Below, in pieces: positions 62,857-64,000 of a DNA stretch of 64,000 nucleotides. The DNA is from Lingula anatina (Eukaryota > Animalia > Brachiopoda): contig CM120641.1 of assembly GCA_051362555.1 (NCBI GenBank), positions 44,460,401 through 44,524,400 of the forward strand, given 5' to 3'. The position numbers and the translations under genes were made by a program. Under the pieces are notes generated by a model. It did no database searches. It was not told the origin of the DNA and saw only the letters and a program-made list of their open reading frames with translations. How positions within the stretch are numbered: position 1 is the first letter of the stretch; every line of letters starts with the position of its first letter.

Positions 62857-64000
62857 AAAGAAAGAATACTGAGGGCAGCATCAGCAAAATATGATTTTTT
62901 CGAACACCCGCATCATATTTGATTTACAAGTTATGGGCACAAAACTTAGATTTTTAGATAAACAGTCTCTAGCCTGGTAACATATTCTATAATTTGAGAT
63001 TATACCTTCTGTCCTTGAAGTAAATCTCCTCAACCGAAGAGTCAAATCACGAGGGTTTCAGCTATTATCTCCCCTCTTTTAGAATGCAAATATTGCTTGA
63101 CTACTTGGGGATTTTCTGTCGTTACATACCTGGACACTGTACATTCTACTCGACATGTGAAAATAACTTTACACAGTACAAATAACACTATTTAACTATG
63201 TCAACAGTTGACTTTTACCATAGTAGATAACATTGCATGTCAAATCTATGGAATATCCAAGGCAACGGTCTGATTGTAGTCTATAAGCCTGATTATCAGC
63301 AGTGGCACATAGCACAGAGGAGAAACATTGTAAGGTACCGAAGTGTAACAGTCATAGGCTTCGTTTGCCGGAGATAAACTATAGATTTGAAACCAAGAGA
63401 TAAATGTTAGATTCCGGATGCAGTGTTGAAACAAAAAGCATACAAGATTAAGCCCAGTAAATCTACGTTTTGACATAGACTAGATACGTTGTAAGTTATC
63501 CGCCGACGTGTTGCGACTAGCAATGAAATCCCCGAGAAAAGTCAGAAAACGTGTGATAATTTTTAGTATGAAACAAGGCTTACGGTTTTTTGCTGTGCAC
63601 ATGCTTGGTATGTTCTGATTAAAAGAAAAATTGATTGTACTTCTATAAAAATCTATACAGATTGTCACGTCTTTTATGAAGTGTTGCGATATGTGTGTCT
63701 TTTCCACATGTGGTTCACATTGTATATACGCAGTAGTTTACAGAGCCTACAAATGTTACCTTATTTAATGCCCAATAAATTATCATTAAAGTCATTCATG
63801 GAACTTGCTTTCTTTAATGAAATTACTATGGTTGTTTACTCCTACTATTGAAATTAAAACTTCCAGTCACAGGCTTTTGACATTTGGGCAGCTGCCATCT
63901 AAATTCTATATCCTCAAGACCTTCCTTGATAATGACTTTTTGGAAAGTTGAATAATGTTACCTGTCCTTTGGCCGCTTTATTTCTTATAGCACAAATCTC

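Overview
AT-rich, intron-rich animal genomic DNA, most likely a lophotrochozoan such as a mollusc (inferred from gene content and repeat types, not proven). About 55% of the window (4314-35968, +) is the 3' part of a conventional beta-spectrin gene: second CH domain, 17 spectrin repeats and PH domain in 42 phase-consistent GT-AG exons. Its introns hold several apparently regulated extra exons: a 36-nt paralogous exon, a 27-nt microexon and three paralogous exons at the end of repeat 17. Downstream are an unannotated-looking three-exon gene for a 76-aa secreted prepropeptide (signal peptide, penta-Arg cationic peptide, RNKR site, acidic tail), a head-to-head CDC26/MRPL49 pair, and a 15-exon minus-strand ankyrin-repeat/IQ protein (inversin-like). 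Repeats include a Helitron-type 3' end carrying an 11-copy 146-bp array, several MITEs, a 5'-truncated LINE with a 15-bp TSD, a G-rich 34-bp minisatellite and a perfect inverted triplication. All coordinates were read by eye and no database searches were run.
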